Assembly (NCBI GenBank): GCA_963743885.1
Contig: CAVURJ010000001.1
Span: 438,321 to 502,320 of the forward strand
Reading direction: 5' to 3'
From: Candidatus Moraniibacteriota bacterium
GTDB lineage: Bacteria; Patescibacteriota; Minisyncoccia; Moranbacterales; UBA1568
DNA: 64,000 nucleotides
Each line of letters starts with the position of its first letter. The first letter of the stretch is position 1. The notes beneath the pieces are model-generated. The model saw nothing but the letters and a program-made list of their open reading frames with translations. It had not been told where the DNA came from and searched no databases. The position numbers and the translations under genes are program-made. Positions 1 through 10,159 of this stretch are shown here, in pieces.

Positions 1-186
1 GCAGACAATAGGATTTGGATAGGCATGACTTATGAAATGCTCGTAGCTGGGTATGGAAAACCAAACAGTATCAATCCTTCAAATTACGGTTCGGGAACTC
101 AAACCCAGTATTGCTACACTGGCCACAACAGCCCGAACTGCTTCTATGATAATAATAATGATGGAATAATAGATGCTTACAATTAA
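1..186 (+). CDS. 3' end of an upstream gene (partial); C-terminal fragment ...RIWIGMTYEMLVAGYGKPNS...DAYN*
   Basis: Open frame 1 from window start to TAA at 184-186; low-GC island context. Confidence 0.35.
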   Translation, partial: ADNRIWIGMTYEMLVAGYGKPNSINPSNYGSGTQTQYCYTGHNSPNCFYDNNNDGIIDAYN

Positions 187-197
187 ACTCTAATCCT

Positions 198-557
198 ATG
201 AAAAAGTGCTCATTTTGTTCCGAGGAAATCCAAGACGAAGCTATCAAATGTCGTCATTGCAAAAGTAATCTAGTAGCGACCGAGACAGTTCAACAGAGCA
301 TTGCAAGTGGTGTCCCTCGCTGCCAGGCATGTGGAGGGGAAATGAAAAAATCAAAAGAGAGTAAGTCGTCTGCCTCAGGCTGTATAGTTCTTATTATCGG
401 CTTGATTTGTCTGGTATTTTTTCCTATTGGAACAATTATTGGAATTATTCTTATCTTAGTTGGGCTGTCTTACGCAACGAAGAAGCGTGGCCTGTGGGTC
501 TGTAAGGGCTGTGGAAGTCAGATTGAGAGGAAGATATCGTGGTTTGAGCTTGGATGA
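198..557 (+). CDS. small zinc-ribbon membrane protein (CxxC...CxxC N-terminus plus a TM helix)
   Basis: ORF track; motifs CSFC...CRHC and CQAC; hydrophobic segment IVLIIGLICLVFFPIGTIIGIILILVGL; same N-terminal architecture as the paralog block at 10.2-16.8 kb. Confidence 0.55.
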   Translation: MKKCSFCSEEIQDEAIKCRHCKSNLVATETVQQSIASGVPRCQACGGEMKKSKESKSSASGCIVLIIGLICLVFFPIGTIIGIILILVGLSYATKKRGLWVCKGCGSQIERKISWFELG

Positions 558-651
558 CAATAACTCGATGTTTTTTTGAGTTATGCACCCGCTTATTAAA
601 TCAGGGTTATTTGGAAAAGTCCGTAGAATCGACTAGTTTCACCCACACTTT

Positions 652-1302
652 ATGGAGCTCTCGGAAGAGCGTATCAAGGAGTTCCAGGAGATATTCAGGA
701 AGGAATATGGCAGAGAATTGACCTGGGAAGAGGCGACGGAATCCGCTAGGAATCTGCTAGGTCTCTACGAGGTCCTTTATGAGGTAGCTGAGAAGGAATT
801 TTTCCGTAAGGAGAGGCTTAAGAAGAGTCCGGGCGGCTTCTATCTGGAAGCCGAGCATACGTATACGTGCTGCGTCTGTGGGCAGGATATGCCAGGAGAG
901 CGGGTGTGGTATGACCAGTATGGTATCAAATGTCCTCCTTGCCAGGCGGCCGTGAAGAAGCGGCTGATACCGGCTGCGTCTTGTAAGAGCCGTGGCAGTC
1001 GGTATTCGATGTGGGAGTTCGATTACTATTTCGGCATCAAGGCTCCGACTATCAGGAAGTTCATCCGGCAGGGGAAGCTGAAATCCCGTATCGTTCCGGG
1101 GTTAGCTGGAGGGAAGCATTTCGAATTCCTGCTTATAAGGGATAATAAAGGGGTTCTTCCGAAAAAACCGAAGAGTTTTCTCGTATGGGAAGGGAAGTTG
1201 GCGCATGTCGAATATGCGCCAGTTTCGTTACCTGATTTCATGGAAGAAGTCCGTGGGAAGGGGGTTTCGGAAAGGCTGGAATTGGATGCCTCGAGTATTT
1301 GA
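652..1302 (+). CDS. hypothetical protein with a Cys4 zinc-finger-like motif (CCVCG...CPPC)
   Basis: 216-aa ORF; its stop overlaps the start region of the next gene (TTGA). Confidence 0.5.
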   Translation: MELSEERIKEFQEIFRKEYGRELTWEEATESARNLLGLYEVLYEVAEKEFFRKERLKKSPGGFYLEAEHTYTCCVCGQDMPGERVWYDQYGIKCPPCQAAVKKRLIPAASCKSRGSRYSMWEFDYYFGIKAPTIRKFIRQGKLKSRIVPGLAGGKHFEFLLIRDNKGVLPKKPKSFLVWEGKLAHVEYAPVSLPDFMEEVRGKGVSERLELDASSI

Positions 1303-1373
1303 TATGTAGCTTTACTTTAGGCATAAAGTGGCATAGTGTAGAGAAGGGCGATAAGAAAGCGCTATCTATTTTT

Positions 1374-4300
1374 ATGGAATCCAGAGACAATCTTTCAAAT
1401 TTCATCAAGTATTGTTTGGGGTATATCAACCTGACTCGTCGGCAGGGGCTTTCTGTTGGCCGGAAAGAGGCTGTTGTTGTCCCTGAAGAATATTTAAGTC
1501 TTGAACATCTTCTTGATGGTGATTTGGATGGGAATATGGGAGAGGTAATTTCTCTCGAAACATTTCATCAGTATGCACCGAAGGATGTCCCCGAAGAGAT
1601 GAGGGGCGCTTACAAACTGGAAAAACAGTTGGCTGAGAAGATAGAAAATATCTATAACAAACATCGTAATGACCAGTTCAGGAAACAGGTCCTTCTTCAG
1701 TTTGGGTTTTTCGAGGTAGAGTTGCCAGTTGAAGAGGGGGTTGCTCCGGCTGGAGATGATGAACAATCCGTTCAGTCGCAGCTCCCTCTTATGCCAGAGG
1801 AGCCAAAAATAAAAGAGCCGAAGCGTGAGAAATATCCGATATTCACTATCCCGGTAAGGATAGAAAAGGATGATGACGGGAAATATGTCCTGTATACAGT
1901 GGATACGGAGTTCCAAGTAAATACGGGGGGTCTTGAAGCTATTTTGGATGAATCCTCGTACTATCAGCTTCTGGAAGAAATCGGGAAATACGAGATGGGA
2001 GAGAGGCTTACGTTGCCGCTTAGCAATCTTGAGATTTTTCGTGAAATCTGGGAAAAAATCGAATCATATCTGAAGTTGGGGGATGCTGTTTTTGATGGAG
2101 ATTCATTCAAGCTGAATGAAATGAATTTGGTCCTCAGTGCGAAAGCAAACTTCTTTTTGTCGGAGGATTTGAGAAAGCTTTTTGAATTTTCGGAAGACGA
2201 GCTTAAGGGTACGGCGCTTGCGACATGGATTAACAATGATGGGCTTGCTAGTAGTGATGAATCTGATGAAGAGGAGAGTTCTTCCGGATTGTATTTCCCG
2301 TTTTCATATGACAAGTATCAATTGCGGATTCTTTCTTTATTGAAAAACAAGGCGTTCATAGTTGAGGGTCCGCCTGGCACCGGAAAGTCGCAGACCATCT
2401 CTAACTTGCTGTGCCATTTGGCGGCAAGTGGAAAAAAAGTTCTTTTCGTCAGCCAGAAAGCGCAGGCGTTAAAGGTTGTAAAGGATAAGCTCAAATCGTT
2501 GAATATCGATTATCTTTTTGGGTATGTTCCGAACCCCGCATCGAATCAATTGAGCGAAATTGACGAGTTTGATGGAATCGCACCGCAACTGCTGGCCATG
2601 AGCTCCCATGTGAGCAAGCTGCAGGACGGTTCGTATGATGGGCTGAGAAAGCGAGAGCCTATCAGTCTTGAGTCGGCCGCAGAGAAGGCAGTCAGATTAA
2701 CGAAAAATATCAATGAGTCGATTGGGGTTCAGAGAGAAGTTGTTAGGCTTAATGAAGAGCTGGTGTCTTTGAATGAGTACGAGATGTCGATAACTGACCT
2801 TGATGCTTTTAAGGAAAGTTTTGGGGACAGTAATTGGAAGCAGATTGTCGCCCTGAAGAAGCGCATCGAGACATTGGTTGAGGGATTGAAGAGGTACAGT
2901 GCCTCAGAATCCAAGAAAGATATGGACGGGGTGTTTGCTGATTTAGACTTTGATGATGCGAAATATTCGTCTGCAATACGGGCGATAAAGGAGGATGTCT
3001 CGCAGACTGCTTATGATAGGCATTCAAAAGTCGTTAGAACAATAAATACGACTGCAAGAAATTTGAGATTAAGAAAGGAACGAGCCGCTTTGCCGAGAGA
3101 AATTATCGATTATATTGACGAGAAATTAAAATCCGATATTTCACGTAGAGAGGCTGTCGATATATTGAGTCCCTTGTTGGATTATTGTGAGTTTTTTGAG
3201 GTGAAAAAGCTTTTGGAGGAGGATAGAGAGAAGCTTGAGGTGTCATTGAATAAGTGCGGCGTATCCAAAGAGGAATTCCAGATAATTAGTGACATGATAT
3301 CGGAAACATCTTCAGAGAAGCTTGAAGAAATAAAAGGGAAGATTGTAAGGGTTCAAGAGATTAAGTCTGAGTTAGAGAAGCTTCAGATTGAAGATTCTCA
3401 GGAGTATTCAAAACAGCTGACAGATCTTTTGGGGGCATCCGATAAGCGCGTAGCTATCTATATACAGAATATCTTAAATAAGAATATCTTTGATAAAAGC
3501 AAAAGCGTAGCTGTAATCCAGAAGATTAGAAGGTTAGCAAAAAGCCTGGGTAAGTCGAAAACTGCATTTAAGACATTTGACCGTTTGCGACGTGACCCGG
3601 ACAATTTTGACACGATACTCGACCTTATCCCGATATGGATAATGGAGCTTGATGATGCAAGCAGAATCATACCGCTTGAGGCGGGGATATTCGATTATGT
3701 GATTCTTGATGAAGCTTCACAGTGCAATGTTGCGTATACCCTTCCGGTGATGTTTAGAAGCAAGCAGGCGATATTTGTTGGTGATAGTGAGCAGATGCGT
3801 GATAGCACGATTATGTTCAAGGCGAACAAGTCGTTTGATGAACTTGCTCGTCGATATCGTATACCGGAAGAATTACAGATAAAAAGTACTGGCGAAACGG
3901 TTCAGTCGGTTCTTGATATTGCCTATCTAAGAGGATTTCAGAGCAGGACACTTACATATCACTACCGCTCTCCAAAGGAGCTGATTGGATTCAGCAACAA
4001 CTACTTTTACACTCCGAAAGGGAAGGAGCTGATATCTCTTAATAGTCATTACCTTACATACAAGGATACCAATAGAATCATGCTCGTTCATGAGGTTGAA
4101 GTGGACTGGGGTCAGGAGATATCTGATTCTTCAAATATAGCTGAGGCAAAGCGCATATTGGAGCTCTTTAGGGAATTACGAAGCGATGAGAGATATAAGG
4201 ATAAGTCTATCGGTATCCTGACGTTTTTCAATGCTCAAGCATCGTGCATACGTGACTTATTTGAAAGTGAAGGATTAAAGGAAGAAGATGATAATTACGT

Positions 4301-4940
4301 GGTAAGTATTATCGATGGAATCCAGGGTGATGAAAAAGATATCATCATATATTCTTTCGTCATAAAGAAGCCGGAGCAGAAGAGGATGTATCAGCCGTTA
4401 ACGGGTGAGGGTGGAGACGTTCAGCGTGATATTAATATGGGTCGTGTGAACGTTGCTTTTTCGAGAGCTCGTCTGCAGGTGCATTGCTTTACCAGTATTC
4501 CCGTCGATGAATTCCCGGAGAATATATGGATAAAGAAATTCTTGCAGTATGCAGGCGAGAACGGAGAAATTGATTTTTATTCGACTGATTTGAAGCCGTT
4601 TGATTCTTATTTTGAAGAGGAATTTTATTCTGTGATAAGGTCAGGGCTAGGGAAGGGATATATTATTCAAAATCAAGTCGGAAGCTGCGGTTTCAAGATT
4701 GACTTTGTTGCTACGAATACAAAAAATGGGAAGAGAATCGCAATTGAATGTGACGGCCCAACTCATTTTAAAGATGAGCTCGATGAGGAACTCGGTATTT
4801 ATGTTGAAAGCGATTATGAAAGACAAGCTGTATTGGAAGCATCAGGATGGAAATTCTATCGTTTGCGATATTCTGATTGGGTTGATGAGAAATTTGAAAA
4901 AGAGAACGTAGTGTCAGATATTAAAAAGCTTTTGATATAG
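1374..4940 (+). CDS. SF1B (Upf1/DNA2-like) helicase with a C-terminal DUF559/Vsr-type endonuclease-like domain; Hhe-like defence protein candidate (alternative TTG start at 1299)
   Basis: Walker A VEGPPGTGKSQT; motif II ILDEASQ; VGDSEQM; YHYRS; GILTFFNAQ; DGIQGDEKDIIIYS; VNVAFSRAR; C-terminal IAIECDGPTHF...WKFYRLRYSDW matches the DUF559/REase fold. Confidence 0.85.
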   Translation: MESRDNLSNFIKYCLGYINLTRRQGLSVGRKEAVVVPEEYLSLEHLLDGDLDGNMGEVISLETFHQYAPKDVPEEMRGAYKLEKQLAEKIENIYNKHRNDQFRKQVLLQFGFFEVELPVEEGVAPAGDDEQSVQSQLPLMPEEPKIKEPKREKYPIFTIPVRIEKDDDGKYVLYTVDTEFQVNTGGLEAILDESSYYQLLEEIGKYEMGERLTLPLSNLEIFREIWEKIESYLKLGDAVFDGDSFKLNEMNLVLSAKANFFLSEDLRKLFEFSEDELKGTALATWINNDGLASSDESDEEESSSGLYFPFSYDKYQLRILSLLKNKAFIVEGPPGTGKSQTISNLLCHLAASGKKVLFVSQKAQALKVVKDKLKSLNIDYLFGYVPNPASNQLSEIDEFDGIAPQLLAMSSHVSKLQDGSYDGLRKREPISLESAAEKAVRLTKNINESIGVQREVVRLNEELVSLNEYEMSITDLDAFKESFGDSNWKQIVALKKRIETLVEGLKRYSASESKKDMDGVFADLDFDDAKYSSAIRAIKEDVSQTAYDRHSKVVRTINTTARNLRLRKERAALPREIIDYIDEKLKSDISRREAVDILSPLLDYCEFFEVKKLLEEDREKLEVSLNKCGVSKEEFQIISDMISETSSEKLEEIKGKIVRVQEIKSELEKLQIEDSQEYSKQLTDLLGASDKRVAIYIQNILNKNIFDKSKSVAVIQKIRRLAKSLGKSKTAFKTFDRLRRDPDNFDTILDLIPIWIMELDDASRIIPLEAGIFDYVILDEASQCNVAYTLPVMFRSKQAIFVGDSEQMRDSTIMFKANKSFDELARRYRIPEELQIKSTGETVQSVLDIAYLRGFQSRTLTYHYRSPKELIGFSNNYFYTPKGKELISLNSHYLTYKDTNRIMLVHEVEVDWGQEISDSSNIAEAKRILELFRELRSDERYKDKSIGILTFFNAQASCIRDLFESEGLKEEDDNYVVSIIDGIQGDEKDIIIYSFVIKKPEQKRMYQPLTGEGGDVQRDINMGRVNVAFSRARLQVHCFTSIPVDEFPENIWIKKFLQYAGENGEIDFYSTDLKPFDSYFEEEFYSVIRSGLGKGYIIQNQVGSCGFKIDFVATNTKNGKRIAIECDGPTHFKDELDEELGIYVESDYERQAVLEASGWKFYRLRYSDWVDEKFEKENVVSDIKKLLI

Positions 4941-4945
4941 ATTCT

Positions 4946-5896
4946 ATGGATTCAGGACAGAAGACTGACTATAGTGGAGTTGTAAAAATAATCCTTGTGA
5001 TAGCGCTTTTCCCGTTTGTCGTTGTTTGGTATGTATGGACGAAGACTAATTGGACAAAGCAAAATAAATGGATTGTGACCGCCGCCGTAGCGGTTCTTTC
5101 TTTGCTTATCATAAATTCTTCTAATGGGAGTGCGACAACTCGACAAGCAGAGGCATGGCGGCAGGCAGAGAAGATTAAACAAGAACCAGTCCAGCAGAGA
5201 TTGGTTGAAAAGGAAGATGTTCGGCAGGAGCCAGAACAACAGGTTATTGCAGAGGTAGCCGAACAAGAAAATGTTCCAGAAGAAGTATTTAAGGTTACTC
5301 GTGTTGTTGATGGCGATACTATACAGCTTGAGAATGGACAGAAGGTGCGGTATATCGGCATCGATACTCCGGAGACTGTCGAACCGAGAAAGCCTGTGCA
5401 ATGTTTTGGAAAAGAGGCAAGCGACAAGAATAAGGAGCTTGTAGAGGGGCAGGAGGTGCGTCTGGTGAAGGACACCTCTGAAACCGATAAATATGACCGG
5501 CTGCTTCGATACGTGTATGTTGGGGATACGTTCGTGAACGACTATCTTGTCCGGAATGGTTATGCTCATTCTTCGAGCTATCCGCCGGATATAAAGAATC
5601 AAGACCAGCTCCGTCTTGCTGAGCAAGAAGCCAGGGAAAATAAGCGGGGATTGTGGGCTGATAATGCCTGTAAGGAAGATGTTGTTGAAGCCCCTATTGT
5701 TTCTGCAGTAGCGACTGGTGCTGCAGCGGCTTCTGTTGTTGAAAGTACGCCATCTTCTGGTGGGGTGGTTAAAAAGAGCACGACTAGTATCTGTCATGCG
5801 CCAGGAACGACTTATTATGCTAAAACAAAGAATTATACCCCTTATAATTCGATAGAGGAGTGCTTGAAGAGCGGGGGAAGATTGCCGAAGAGATAA
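4946..5896 (+). CDS. membrane-anchored thermonuclease (SNase/micrococcal-nuclease family) with a Cys/His-containing C-terminal tail
   Basis: N-terminal TM helix; SNase core VVDGDTIQL...RYIGIDTPE...RLLRYVYV...EARENKRGLW; 5-nt gap after the helicase gene. Confidence 0.85.
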   Translation: MDSGQKTDYSGVVKIILVIALFPFVVVWYVWTKTNWTKQNKWIVTAAVAVLSLLIINSSNGSATTRQAEAWRQAEKIKQEPVQQRLVEKEDVRQEPEQQVIAEVAEQENVPEEVFKVTRVVDGDTIQLENGQKVRYIGIDTPETVEPRKPVQCFGKEASDKNKELVEGQEVRLVKDTSETDKYDRLLRYVYVGDTFVNDYLVRNGYAHSSSYPPDIKNQDQLRLAEQEARENKRGLWADNACKEDVVEAPIVSAVATGAAAASVVESTPSSGGVVKKSTTSICHAPGTTYYAKTKNYTPYNSIEECLKSGGRLPKR

Positions 5897-5911
5897 GGGA
5901 AGGTATTTGTA

Positions 5912-6418
5912 ATGTTGGTGGCGTGGATTCATATGAAGACTAAAGGTTGGTATAAGAAAGTCTTGTTTGAAAATACAAGAGAAGTATTGAGCATTGGGAT
6001 GACTTATGTAATTACCGCTCTTGTTCTTTTACTCTGGAATTTTGCACTTGGTATAAAGTTTGAATGGCATGAAATATCACCATTCTCGGAGCCAAGTGTT
6101 TTTATTCGTATATTTTATAGCGCATTCACCTTTGTCACTCTAGGATGGTTGTTATATACGATTCATTTCTATAAAGTATTACATGATATTCTCGTAAAGA
6201 TTTTTGGCTTATGGAGTGTTTATTCTTTTATCAAGGCAATAGTCTGGGCGTTTTTGATGGCAGTTTCTTATTTTTATGTTGTCCCATGGCTGTTTGATGT
6301 TTTGAATGCTGGGACATCGGTTTTGTTTAATATTGCTAACCTAGTGCTGTATCTTATTCCTCCAGTCGGGATATCTATGATAGTCGGAACGATTTATCTT
6401 TTTTTGAAGAAAAGCTGA
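5912..6418 (+). CDS. polytopic membrane protein, unknown function
   Basis: 168-aa ORF with 4-5 hydrophobic helices; 15-nt gap after the nuclease gene. Confidence 0.55.
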   Translation: MLVAWIHMKTKGWYKKVLFENTREVLSIGMTYVITALVLLLWNFALGIKFEWHEISPFSEPSVFIRIFYSAFTFVTLGWLLYTIHFYKVLHDILVKIFGLWSVYSFIKAIVWAFLMAVSYFYVVPWLFDVLNAGTSVLFNIANLVLYLIPPVGISMIVGTIYLFLKKS

Positions 6419-6475
6419 AGGATTTATATCGGTGGACAACATCTCGTATCATGATAATTCATCCAGTATATTTTT

Positions 6476-8086
6476 ATGATAAATAAAATTCGTATTGTTA
6501 ATTTTCGTTCGATACAAAATTTAGAGATTCACCCGCACAATCTTTGCGTATTGATAGGTCCAAATAGCTCTGGAAAAACAAACGTGCTGAAGGCGTTAGA
6601 TATTTTGCTTGGAGAGACATATCCAACTGAGCGAGCTTTTAGCAAGGATGATTTTTATGGGAGAAATTCAAATTTGGAAATTCTAATACAAGTGTGGTTT
6701 AAAGAGCCGCTTGAAGCTTGTAAATTGACATCTGTAGCTACAAGGAGAAAGGAGCAGTGTTTGATATCGAGCTTGAGACTCACACATACTAAGAATGATA
6801 ACGAATTTTTTCAGACAAAATTTATTGCTATTGACGTTGATGGAAATGAGTACTGGGCGTCTGGAGATGTTAGAGAAAAAGTGAATTTCATATATATACC
6901 ATCCGAGAGGAATTTAGAGAAGCAAATGTCGGTCAGTCAATGGTCTTTGTTGGGGAGAATACTCCGTAAGATTGATGAGAATTTCAGAAAAAATAGCCTT
7001 GGAGACGGCCCTAGTGAGATGGAGGAGGATTTTAGAGAGTCCATGAGTGAGCCGAAGAGAATTCTTGAAGCGGAATTGCCGAATGGCATGTTGAGTTATG
7101 CGAAATTTAAGCAGGTATTTACGGGTATTTGTAAGGAAAATGCAAATGGGTTAGCGAATGATTTTGACCTTGATTTGGAAATTTATGACCCGCTGTTTTA
7201 TTATAAGACGATTCAGCTGCTTGGGAGAGAGGAGATGGGGACCTTTAACATCCATGAGCTTGGGTCGGGGGTGCAAAACCTGGTGTTATTATCGCTGTTT
7301 AGGACTTATGCAAAATTAATGAAGAACAAAGCTGTTCTGGCTATCGAAGAGCCGGAAATCTATTTATATCCACAGGCGCAGAGGCAGCTTTATTCGAACT
7401 TTATTGGCATGGCGTATCCAGAATCTGGTAGTCAGGATGGAACCCAAATAATTTATACGACTCACAATCCAAACTTTGTAGATGCCACTAGGGCGAATGA
7501 GGTTGAAATTCTTCAGAAAAGCGCTTCAAGAGGGACTTGTTTGCTTCCAAAGAGTGAGTATGTAACATCGGAGAGGTCTGAGCAGGATAGGTTTAAGACG
7601 TATGCTCATTTTAATACTGAGAGGAACGAGATATTCTTTGCAAAGAAAGTGCTTCTGGTTGAAGGGGACTCTGACAAGATTATGTGGTCGACTCTTCTTG
7701 GTGAAAAATGGGAAATCCTTATAAATAAAGAAGGTATATCTATTATTGAATGCGGAGGGAAAACCGGAGTTCTGTATTTTATTGGCGTGTGCAGATTTAT
7801 GGGGATAGATTATTTCGCTATATGGGACGCAGATAATGGAGATGATGAGGTTAATGATAGACACGGGCTTTTTAGTGCGACTATCAGTGAAGGAAGGGGA
7901 TTGGAAATTCCTGGTAACCTCGAACAATTTCTATCAAGTAAATTCGATGCAGTTAGTTACCCGCAATTTGTATTTTCACAAAGCAATAAGATTGAACATG
8001 CTTTTGAGTGGGCTAACTCAGTTAATATTTCGGATATCCCAGAAGAATTTCTTTCTATTAAAAATTTTTTCATGTTGGCGGACTGA
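6476..8086 (+). CDS. OLD-family ATP-dependent endonuclease (N-terminal ABC-type ATPase plus C-terminal TOPRIM)
   Basis: Walker A LIGPNSSGKTN; Walker B-like LAIEEPEIYLYPQAQ; TOPRIM signature LLVEGDSDKIMW...IIECGGKTGV. Confidence 0.85.
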   Translation: MINKIRIVNFRSIQNLEIHPHNLCVLIGPNSSGKTNVLKALDILLGETYPTERAFSKDDFYGRNSNLEILIQVWFKEPLEACKLTSVATRRKEQCLISSLRLTHTKNDNEFFQTKFIAIDVDGNEYWASGDVREKVNFIYIPSERNLEKQMSVSQWSLLGRILRKIDENFRKNSLGDGPSEMEEDFRESMSEPKRILEAELPNGMLSYAKFKQVFTGICKENANGLANDFDLDLEIYDPLFYYKTIQLLGREEMGTFNIHELGSGVQNLVLLSLFRTYAKLMKNKAVLAIEEPEIYLYPQAQRQLYSNFIGMAYPESGSQDGTQIIYTTHNPNFVDATRANEVEILQKSASRGTCLLPKSEYVTSERSEQDRFKTYAHFNTERNEIFFAKKVLLVEGDSDKIMWSTLLGEKWEILINKEGISIIECGGKTGVLYFIGVCRFMGIDYFAIWDADNGDDEVNDRHGLFSATISEGRGLEIPGNLEQFLSSKFDAVSYPQFVFSQSNKIEHAFEWANSVNISDIPEEFLSIKNFFMLAD

Positions 8087-8092
8087 CCCCTT

Positions 8093-8875
8093 ATGTTTAA
8101 GAGTCATATTGAATATGTAGATGTTGACTTATCTGTTTTTAATGATGCTGAGAATAAGAATTTTCGGTCCATGTTGAGTTTTTTTAAAGATGAGGTTTTC
8201 TTTTTTAAGAGGCTGAGTGCTTTGTTTGTAGCATCAAATAAGAAGGTTGGAGACGAATACATCGTTATTATTGAATTATTTCAGCTTTGTAATCATAATT
8301 TAGCTTTTTCTTTCCTTAATATCCTTCGAGGTCATTTTAAAGAACCATGTATCATAAGTAGAAACTCGATTGAGGCTGTGGCTCAGGCGACTATAATAAA
8401 GGAGAATCTTCGATTTAATAATGAAACGTGGTGTAGGGGTGAAAAGGGAAAAGAAAATATTAAGGCATTTAAGGAGTTATTTAAAAAAGATAAATTTAGG
8501 AATTGTAAAAACAAGGATGAATTGAAGGTTTTTTTCAGAATGTTTTCATCATTTGGTCACTCGAACATACTTAATGGGATACATCGCACAAAAAAAGAAG
8601 GAGATAAGTTACTATTTGGTTTTTTCGATGTAGAAGTTGATAATCTTGAAGCCTGGATGGTGAGGTATCTGAATTATATTATCGTGGTTTATAGTATAAT
8701 TTTGGAGGAATTTTCTGATATTTTTCGTGATTTCGGTATAGCCTCTCCCGATGACGTAAAGAAGCTAAGGGAGGAGCATAGGGTGTATATGGAGACCAGA
8801 CGAGGGCTACTGAGTCAATTTGGGAAATATGATTTTGTAGAAGAATATGAGGACGTAAATAAAAAAGAAGGCTAG
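8093..8875 (+). CDS. hypothetical cytoplasmic protein, no recognisable domain; co-operonic with the OLD nuclease
   Basis: 260-aa ORF starting 6 nt after the OLD stop; AT-rich codon usage as in the rest of the island. Confidence 0.55.
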   Translation: MFKSHIEYVDVDLSVFNDAENKNFRSMLSFFKDEVFFFKRLSALFVASNKKVGDEYIVIIELFQLCNHNLAFSFLNILRGHFKEPCIISRNSIEAVAQATIIKENLRFNNETWCRGEKGKENIKAFKELFKKDKFRNCKNKDELKVFFRMFSSFGHSNILNGIHRTKKEGDKLLFGFFDVEVDNLEAWMVRYLNYIIVVYSIILEEFSDIFRDFGIASPDDVKKLREEHRVYMETRRGLLSQFGKYDFVEEYEDVNKKEG

Positions 8876-8887
8876 TATAAGAGATGT

Positions 8888-9868
8888 ATGAAATATCAAG
8901 TACTTGCCGGAATTAATGGTCCGTTTTTGCCGGATTCTTATAAAGTTTCTGATATTTTTTTGTTTCGGAAACCGCCTTTTTCTCTTCAAGCAAAATTTTC
9001 TTCGGAAATTACAGATGAGCAACCCTTGGTAGATAGGGGTGTTAATCATCGAATTCGATTTAATGCGAAAAAGCCACGTTTTAGAAAATTTAGCTCCGAA
9101 CACTGCATTGAGATTATCTTGGAAAGCGAAAGCCCTCATTGGGCCATTGAATTTGCAAAATTAAGGATAGAACAGTTAGTTGAAGCATTGACTGTGGCTT
9201 CGTTTAATGTGGATAAGGTGCATCCACGTACTGGGCGTAGGTTACTGCATGGTATTAATGATATTTATCAATATCAGATAGAGGGAGTATTTGATGAGAA
9301 GGGTATCCCTGTTGATGGTGCCGATATAGAAGGGACAGCTATTAATTTTTTCCCCGAAAAATTTCCTACTGATTTCGAACAATTAGCGAATGATATTTTA
9401 AGGTGTAATGATACAACCTTGATAAAGGCGATGTTTTATCTAAAGAGAGCGAAAATGTTTTCATATGAGTATTATTCCGAATTGGAAGTGTTCCTCAATT
9501 CGATGAAATGTATAGAACTTCTTGTTAACAGGTTTTATCCTCATGGCTTGGAGAAAAAAGATCATAAGAAAGCTTCTTTCAAAGAAAAGCTGAATGGGTT
9601 TGATAGTAATCCAGGCGTTGCAAGTATACTTGGGATTGATAGTAATTATAATAGTTTGACACAAGACGGTTGGGACTGTAGGAACACCATGGACATGGCG
9701 CATGCTAGTGAATATTTTAAGTTAATTGCTCAGCCATTTCCAGAGGAGATAAATCGTGTAGCGTATTATTTCGTTTTGAAATACGTACAATATTTAAAGA
9801 AAAATCAACCAGATGATTTTTGGGAAATGAAAGACTTGGATGATGAATGGTGGGAAATGTTTAGGTAA
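8888..9868 (+). CDS. hypothetical protein, no recognisable domain; third gene of the OLD-linked trio
   Basis: 326-aa ORF 12 nt after the previous stop; AAGAGA 5 nt upstream of the ATG. Confidence 0.55.
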   Translation: MKYQVLAGINGPFLPDSYKVSDIFLFRKPPFSLQAKFSSEITDEQPLVDRGVNHRIRFNAKKPRFRKFSSEHCIEIILESESPHWAIEFAKLRIEQLVEALTVASFNVDKVHPRTGRRLLHGINDIYQYQIEGVFDEKGIPVDGADIEGTAINFFPEKFPTDFEQLANDILRCNDTTLIKAMFYLKRAKMFSYEYYSELEVFLNSMKCIELLVNRFYPHGLEKKDHKKASFKEKLNGFDSNPGVASILGIDSNYNSLTQDGWDCRNTMDMAHASEYFKLIAQPFPEEINRVAYYFVLKYVQYLKKNQPDDFWEMKDLDDEWWEMFR

Positions 9869-10094
9869 ATTTTTGCGAAAAACATCGTGATTTTTGTTAT
9901 CACCCTCGAATCACCTCCTTTCTAGGGAGATAATGGTGTACAAAATAAACATTGTCTTCGGATGATGTTTATCAAGAGTTGATACCTAGTATCAAATTCT
10001 TAACCAATATGGTCGTTCATTACGCTTTATCTGTAGGAGCTTCGGCAATGACAGACGTAGTAATGAAACATAGTAGCCATAGAGACCTCTGTCC

Positions 10095-10152
10095 AAGGAC
10101 TAACCGCAAAAGATTTATCTGCCGTAAGGTAGATTTCGATTCTATATTGTTT
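10095..10152. repeat. 58-bp direct repeat, copy 1 (AAGGACTAACCGCAAAAGATTTATCTGCCGtAAGGTAGATTTCGATTCTATATTGTTT)
   Basis: Identical except one T/C to 16819-16876; ORF-track entries 9952..10170 and 16667..16885 share the peptide NRKRFICRKVDFDSILF only because they translate this repeat. Confidence 0.85.
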
Positions 10153-10159
10153 GCAAAAT

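Noticed and set aside
4952-5932. 326-aa minus-strand ORF
   Set aside because: Antisense to the thermonuclease gene, which has a clear SNase catalytic core; no RBS.
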